This document shows positions 58,643 to 64,000 of a stretch of DNA of 64,000 nt, piece after piece. Where the stretch lies: positions 173,416-237,415 of the forward strand of contig CAVZMH010000001.1 in the NCBI GenBank assembly GCA_963776345.1, given 5' to 3'. Origin of the DNA: an uncultured delta proteobacterium. GTDB lineage: Bacteria > Myxococcota > Myxococcia > Myxococcales > Myxococcaceae. The notes beneath the pieces are model-generated. The model saw nothing but the letters and a program-made list of their open reading frames with translations, made no database searches and was not told the DNA's origin. A program made the translations under genes and the position numbers. Numbering within the stretch: the stretch's first letter is position 1; every line of letters starts with the position of its first letter.

Positions 58643-61252
58643 TTAGGGCGCTGGCGTGTTGATGAAGACCTTCACTTTCCGGTCCGAATCGAGGGCGACG
58701 GAGCACTCGGTGCCCGCCGGGTTGATGCTGGCACAGCCAACCCAGTCGCCGACGGTGTAGCCGGCATTGGGCAACGCCGTCAGGGTCACGGGCGTTCCGG
58801 CCGCGAACCCCCACACACAGACGGTTGGCGTGTTGCCGCCGTCCCTGCGCGTGCAGAGATCATGAGTGACGTCGTTGGTCACCACGCCATTGCCTGTGCC
58901 GTAGATCTCGAGAGTGAGGCTGAACAGGCCGGAGGCCAGTGGCGTGACGTTGAGCGACGTCCCGCCGCTGATGGAACGCAGCAGGCCGAGGATGCTGACG
59001 TCCTGGGTTGCGATCACCGGCGTGGTGGTCACAGTTCCCCGGGCGGAGCTGCGGTTGGCCGGTATCAGCAGCGTCGCCGGCACGGAGACCGACGGATGGC
59101 TGTCGCTGAGGCTCACCTCCAGCGGCACCGGATATGACCGTGGGAGACTGGCCTCGATGCTGGCGTTCTGACCGCCGACCACCGACGGGGGAATCATGGC
59201 CAGGGTCAGGTCGCCCGGCGCCGGCTCCGGCATGACGGTCACCGTCGTGCTGCGTGCAACGCCGTCGCTGGTGGCTCGAATGTTGATCGGCAGGACGCCG
59301 CTGATCGGCAGCGCTGTCAGCGCGATCAGGGGAGCTGCCTCATTTCCCTCCGCGATGAAGACATCGGTCGCAGCCGCCGAGAGGTAGTTGTCGTTGAGTT
59401 CAAGGTGCACCATCGCGCCACCGATGGGGGCCGGAGCGCTCAAGCGGATCGCCAGCTGCGCCGTCTCGCCGACGAACAGGTACGGCCGGTCGACGCTGAT
59501 GCTCTCCAGCAGGCCACCCGCGGGGATGACCGTGATCGGGCGCTCAATCGTTTCCCCGCCACAAGGATCCACCCTCACACGCAAGGTGGCATCTGCGACG
59601 GCGGACACTGCCGGGACATCGATGGAGAAGTTCCCGAAACCACGTCCTCTCGGAATGACGCCGCGATATTCGACGGACGGATGGTTCGGGATCTCGAGAA
59701 AGATGTAGTACGGCACGTCGTCGAATGGATGAACGACGTTGGGGACGACCCGGCCGGTGAGCGGCCGATTGCCCTGCACCGGCTCGGCATCCACCTCGAT
59801 CGAGTCGATGCGCAGGTCGGTGATCGGGCCCGATCCGAGGCGAACGCCCACATAAGCGCGCAGCTCCTGGCCGGTGTCCACCGCTCGGGCGCCGATCTGG
59901 ATGAAACGCGCCAGGTCCCGCTCCCGCGAGTCCGGACTGTCGAGGGCGTCACCGAACAGTGGCAGCGACAGGGTTCTGCGGAGCTCCAGGAAGTTCTCGC
60001 CCCCGATGGCGCTGATTTCCGACCGCAGACGAAGGACGCGCACAGTGGTGGAGTAGATCTCAACCCGGTATCCGGGCGGAGCGGTTCCCTCCAGATCCAC
60101 TCCGACACCGAGCTCCCCGTCGTTCTGGGACAGACAGCTCCCGAAAGGCCCAGCGACGCTCAGCTGCTTGAGCGAAGCCCGCACCCCGGTGCCGAAGGAC
60201 ACGTCTGCAATCCGCTGCACGCCGCCGTAAGCGGCAGTGAGACGCGCGGCGGTGCGCTCGAACACGTCCTGCTCCAGTCTGAGGCTGAACTCCTCGAGAG
60301 TCGCCCCTTCCGGCACTGTCACGCTTGCCGGCACGGTGACGAGCGAATTGCCGCTGCCAAGTGCGACGCTTGCCCCACCGGCCGGCGCGGGGCGGGAGAG
60401 AACCAGCCAGCTGCCGCCCACAAGTGTGACCCGCACGGGTTCGAGCTCTGCCCTCGGGCGAAACGCCAGCAGGAACGGTGTGCTCTGACGAATCCACAGT
60501 CCGGCCTGTTGCTCGGCGCCGTTGAGGGCGGCTGTGATTCTCGTCCAGCTCTGCCCGCTCCCGGCCTCGGCAGGCGCATTGGCGAGCACGTCGAAGGAGA
60601 CCTCGCTCTGTCCGGCGGGCACGGTCACCGATGACGGTACGGTGGCGCCGGAATCCGAGGCGACCAGCGTCACAGCGACGCCACCGGTGCCGGCTGGCGC
60701 GGACAGTGCGACGGTCCCTTGGATCTCCTGACCGGTCTCCGCGATGCGTTCGGAGAGGGTCAGCAGCTTGACGTAGATCACGTCCGGCGGGACGACGAAC
60801 ACTGCACGGCTGATGTCAGAGCGCGGGTTGGTGGCGCGCAACTCGAACCGTCGAACGGAGGTCACCGCGGGCATCGTCACGCTGATGGTGGTTTCCATGA
60901 ACTCTTCGGGAATGGAGAAGTGTGGTGGATGCCACCGCTGCTCGAGGATGGGCATCGAGGGATTCACGGCGACCGCCGCATCCTTGGTCACCTCGACGCC
61001 AAAGGACTCGGACAAAGTGAAACCGGGATTGGCGCGGACCTGAAGGCCATCGGCGATGATGGTCAAGGTACCCGTCTGTCCAGACTCGAAGGTGCCTCCC
61101 CCGGCGACTTCTAGAAGGATCGGATACTGATCGAAACGTCGGGTCACCGCGTTATCGGTGCCCACGCTGGTCGTGCACCCGCCCGCGGCAGCGGCCAGTG
61201 CGACGCCGAGGATTGCGGTTCGTGCCAACGATGCGGTTCTCGGGTCCCTCAT
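58643..61252 (-). CDS. Large lipoprotein with Ig-like repeats and a C-terminal InlB-B-repeat-like domain
   Basis: Lipobox AAGGC; repeats LS.PA..GG..V.L…VP.SVTVP.G; GTGNG.V…GT.VTLTA.P..G…W.GC. Confidence 0.75.
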   Translation of the reverse strand: MRDPRTASLARTAILGVALAAAAGGCTTSVGTDNAVTRRFDQYPILLEVAGGGTFESGQTGTLTIIADGLQVRANPGFTLSESFGVEVTKDAAVAVNPSMPILEQRWHPPHFSIPEEFMETTISVTMPAVTSVRRFELRATNPRSDISRAVFVVPPDVIYVKLLTLSERIAETGQEIQGTVALSAPAGTGGVAVTLVASDSGATVPSSVTVPAGQSEVSFDVLANAPAEAGSGQSWTRITAALNGAEQQAGLWIRQSTPFLLAFRPRAELEPVRVTLVGGSWLVLSRPAPAGGASVALGSGNSLVTVPASVTVPEGATLEEFSLRLEQDVFERTAARLTAAYGGVQRIADVSFGTGVRASLKQLSVAGPFGSCLSQNDGELGVGVDLEGTAPPGYRVEIYSTTVRVLRLRSEISAIGGENFLELRRTLSLPLFGDALDSPDSRERDLARFIQIGARAVDTGQELRAYVGVRLGSGPITDLRIDSIEVDAEPVQGNRPLTGRVVPNVVHPFDDVPYYIFLEIPNHPSVEYRGVIPRGRGFGNFSIDVPAVSAVADATLRVRVDPCGGETIERPITVIPAGGLLESISVDRPYLFVGETAQLAIRLSAPAPIGGAMVHLELNDNYLSAAATDVFIAEGNEAAPLIALTALPISGVLPINIRATSDGVARSTTVTVMPEPAPGDLTLAMIPPSVVGGQNASIEASLPRSYPVPLEVSLSDSHPSVSVPATLLIPANRSSARGTVTTTPVIATQDVSILGLLRSISGGTSLNVTPLASGLFSLTLEIYGTGNGVVTNDVTHDLCTRRDGGNTPTVCVWGFAAGTPVTLTALPNAGYTVGDWVGCASINPAGTECSVALDSDRKVKVFINTPAP

Positions 61253-61572
61253 GGTCGACCTCCGTGGTCTCGTTCCAGTGGGCGGGTCTGCCGGGCTCGA
61301 GCAGTTGCGAGGATCGGCGCGCGCGTACCGGGGCACTTCCGCGGAGGTCTGTCAGGCGCGACCATCGGCTGAACCGGGACGAAGACGACCACCACCGCAT
61401 GACCCGTCGGAGGCGCAGCGGACGGGGTCGGCGGCGCACCGGGCCTGGGCGATGACGCCAGCCACACGATGACGAGAGCACCCGAGCCAGCGAGGACACC
61501 GAGTGCCACTGGCATCATCCATCGCTGCACGAGCCCGGCGGCCCGGGGTCCGCTTTCCACCAAGGTGCTCAC
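61249..61572 (-). CDS. Small single-TM hypothetical protein
   Basis: TM VALGVLAGSGALVIVWL; stop overlaps the next ATG (ATGA). Confidence 0.45.
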   Translation of the reverse strand: MSTLVESGPRAAGLVQRWMMPVALGVLAGSGALVIVWLASSPRPGAPPTPSAAPPTGHAVVVVFVPVQPMVAPDRPPRKCPGTRAPILATARARQTRPLERDHGGRP

Positions 61573-61676
61573 GGGCGAAGCGTGCCCCCACCGGCCGGAG
61601 CCCGTCCTCAGGGCTCACTTGCGGTTTTCTGATCTTTTCCTCACCATCGAGCTTTCAAGCACTTGGGTGTGTCCGA

Positions 61677-63993
61677 ATGGACCGCAGGGCCTCGCCAGCG
61701 CAGCTTCGGATCGGCGACTGGCTCGTCGATCCATCTCTGGACGAGCTCCGTCGCGGCGAGACCCGGGTCAAGCTCGAGCCGCGGAAGATGCAGCTGCTGA
61801 TGGCGCTGGCCCAGAGGCCGAACGAGCTGGTGACCACCGAAGAGCTGCTCGACACCGTCTGGGCCGGGGTCGTCGTGTCGCAGAGCTCCGTGTACCAGAG
61901 CATCGCTCAGCTCCGGAAGACGCTGGGGGATGACGCGGAGGCGCCCACGTTCATCGCCACCGTGCAACGAAAGGGCTACCGCCTGGTCGCGGCGGTGAGC
62001 ACTCCCACCGATGCGGACCTGCACCCTCCGCACGCCGTCGCGAGCGCTCCGGCACCTCCCGAACCGCCGCCCGGGTTGCATCCGGATGCCCCACCCGTCC
62101 GCGCCGTGACGGTGGACCGTCGATGGCTCATCGGCGTGGGAGCCGCCACGATGACGGTGGCGGCAGGCGGAGCACTGCGCTGGTGGTGGCGGGCGCGGCC
62201 TCACCCCGACCCATCGAAGCTGGCCATCGCCGTCCTCCCCTTCGACGACATCTCCCCGGGCGGTGTCGAGCAACCCATCGCCGACGGCCTGGCGGGCGAG
62301 GTGATCGGCGTGCTCACGCGCCACGAGCAGGTCCGCGTCTCTGCGGCGAGCTCGGCGTTCCAGTTTCGCCACACGGCGTTGCCCCTCGGGGAGATCGGGC
62401 GGCAGCTCGGGGTCACCCATGTCCTCGATGGCCAGGTCTTCCGGACGAAGGAGCGAGTGAGGCTCACCGTACGGCTCCGGGCCGTGGCCGACGAGGAGGT
62501 GGTGTGGCACGACGCGCTCCAGGAGCCGGCCGACGCGATGAGCGGTCTTCCGCTCAGGGTGGCGCAGGGCGCACTCGAGGCGCTCCACGCCCCGGCCCCG
62601 GGTGCGTTGCCTCCGGCGCCCTCCGCGCGGGCGTTCGAGCTTTACTTGAGCGGGCGCCACTTCATCCAGGCGCGCACGCAGGAATCGATCCGCAAGGCCC
62701 GGGATTACTTCCAGCGCGCGGTCGACACCGACCCGAGCTTTGCCCTGGGTTACACCGCGCTCGCCCACAGCTGGATCGCCGAGTACCAGTACGGCTCAGG
62801 GCTGACGGTGCGCGACATGGACGCTCGCGCCCAGCCACTGCTCGACCGAGCGTTCACACTGCAGCCAGAGCTCCCGGAAGCACTGGCAACGCAGGGGCAC
62901 TTGAAGACGAACCTCAACCGCGCCGACGAGGCCCGACCCTTCCTCAAGCGTGCCGTCGCCGCACAGCCGCAGAGCGCGACCGCCCACTTCTGGCTCGGCA
63001 TCAACGAGGCCAGCGACGGATTTCCGAGGAAGGCGCTGGAGAGTTACCGGCGCGCGATGGAGCTCGACCCACTTCAATTCCTGGTCCACGCGCGCGCCGG
63101 GCTGGAGTCGATCCATCTCGGCCTGTACGAGGAGGCAGTCCGTCACTACGCCCGGGCCGTCGAGCTGGCGACCGCACCATCCGAACGGCCACTGGGGGAC
63201 AGGGCTGATCGGCTGGGCGCGCGGCCGGCTCGATGACTCGGTCCGGGGCTACCGGCGGGCGCTGCAGGCCGAGTCCCGTCGTGAGGATCTCTGGACGCAG
63301 CTCGGCTGGATCTACCTCGACCTCGGGATGCCAAAGCAGGCTCGGGCGGCGTTCGCGCAAGCGATCGCGCTCGCCGGGTCCGTGGCGCAACCCCAGGCCG
63401 CGCTGGGGCGGGCCTTCGTCGTCGAGGACGATCTGCCGGGGCTGGCGCGCTACCTCGAAGCTCTCAAGTTTCCACCGCCCGGTACGCGCGACGTGGAGAT
63501 CGACACCGCGGTCCTCTTCGCCGTCCTCGGCCAGACCCACGCCGCCCGGAGGGCGCTCACCTCGGCGGTCGGGCCGATGCTCGCGGACCCGATCCCGCTC
63601 TACGGTTGGTGGCAGACCTGCTTCGGCCAGCACATCTTCATCGACGTGGCGACGGTCTACACCTGGCTCGGCGAGCCGGAGCAGGCGAGGCCGTTCCTGG
63701 AGCAGGCCGAGGCCTACGTGGACCGGTACGAGCGCCAGGGCAACATCTGGCACGCGATCGGCTACCACAAGGCGCGCATCGCCGCGCTGCGCGGCGACCA
63801 GGCCACGGGGCTGGCACAGCTCGAGAAGGCCGTGGACCTGGGCTGGCGACGGGGCTGGTGGCTGAAGGTCGACCCGGCCCTGGCCGGACTGCGGTCCTCG
63901 CCCCGCTTTCAGACCGTGCTCGAGCGCATCGCGACGGAGACCCGCGCGCAGCGCGAGCGCCTCGCCGCGGACCCTGGCGCACGCGTCCCCTGA
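61677..63993 (+). CDS. CadC/OmpR-type winged-helix regulator with TolB-like and TPR domains (apparent frameshift near 63171)
   Basis: LEPR.M.LL…EELLDTVW…QSIAQLRK.LGD…IATV.RKGYRL; IAVLPF; TPRs; LEKAVDLGW…DP.L..LR..PRF. Confidence 0.88.
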
Positions 63994-64000
63994 GCTATCG

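Overview
Very high-GC bacterial DNA whose gene content points to Myxococcota (Myxococcales-like): a MYXO-CTERM-type surface protein, a myxobacterial PilA-like motif, and disintegrin-like Cys repeats. The window has two halves. (1) About 1-30.8 kb is a compact housekeeping region: rseP, rlpA, tsaB, an Asd-like protein, a surface protein/beta-barrel pair, a moaD-moaE fusion, acs, rnhB, an M61 peptidase, an RsmB-family methyltransferase, moeB/rhodanese, an SDR, an IscA-family protein, nadA and a POT transporter. (2) About 30.8-64 kb is an accessory region with gene debris, large Ig-repeat lipoproteins, a Ser/Thr kinase with a pilin-like C-terminus, a secreted metalloprotease operon, an IS3-family element and an IS91-family remnant. 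The most striking feature is an Rhs toxin locus split across two genes. One gene encodes a signal-peptide-bearing YD-repeat shell that stops just before the Rhs core. The next encodes a separate lipoprotein with disintegrin-like Cys repeats fused to the missing Rhs core and a PD-(D/E)xK-type nuclease tip. A DUF6572-like candidate immunity gene follows. Many genes, including rnhB, carry single-base frameshifts, probably long-read sequencing errors, so frameshift-dependent claims need read-level checks. No rRNA, tRNA or CRISPR array was recognised. All family assignments come from motif recognition by eye, with no database searches.
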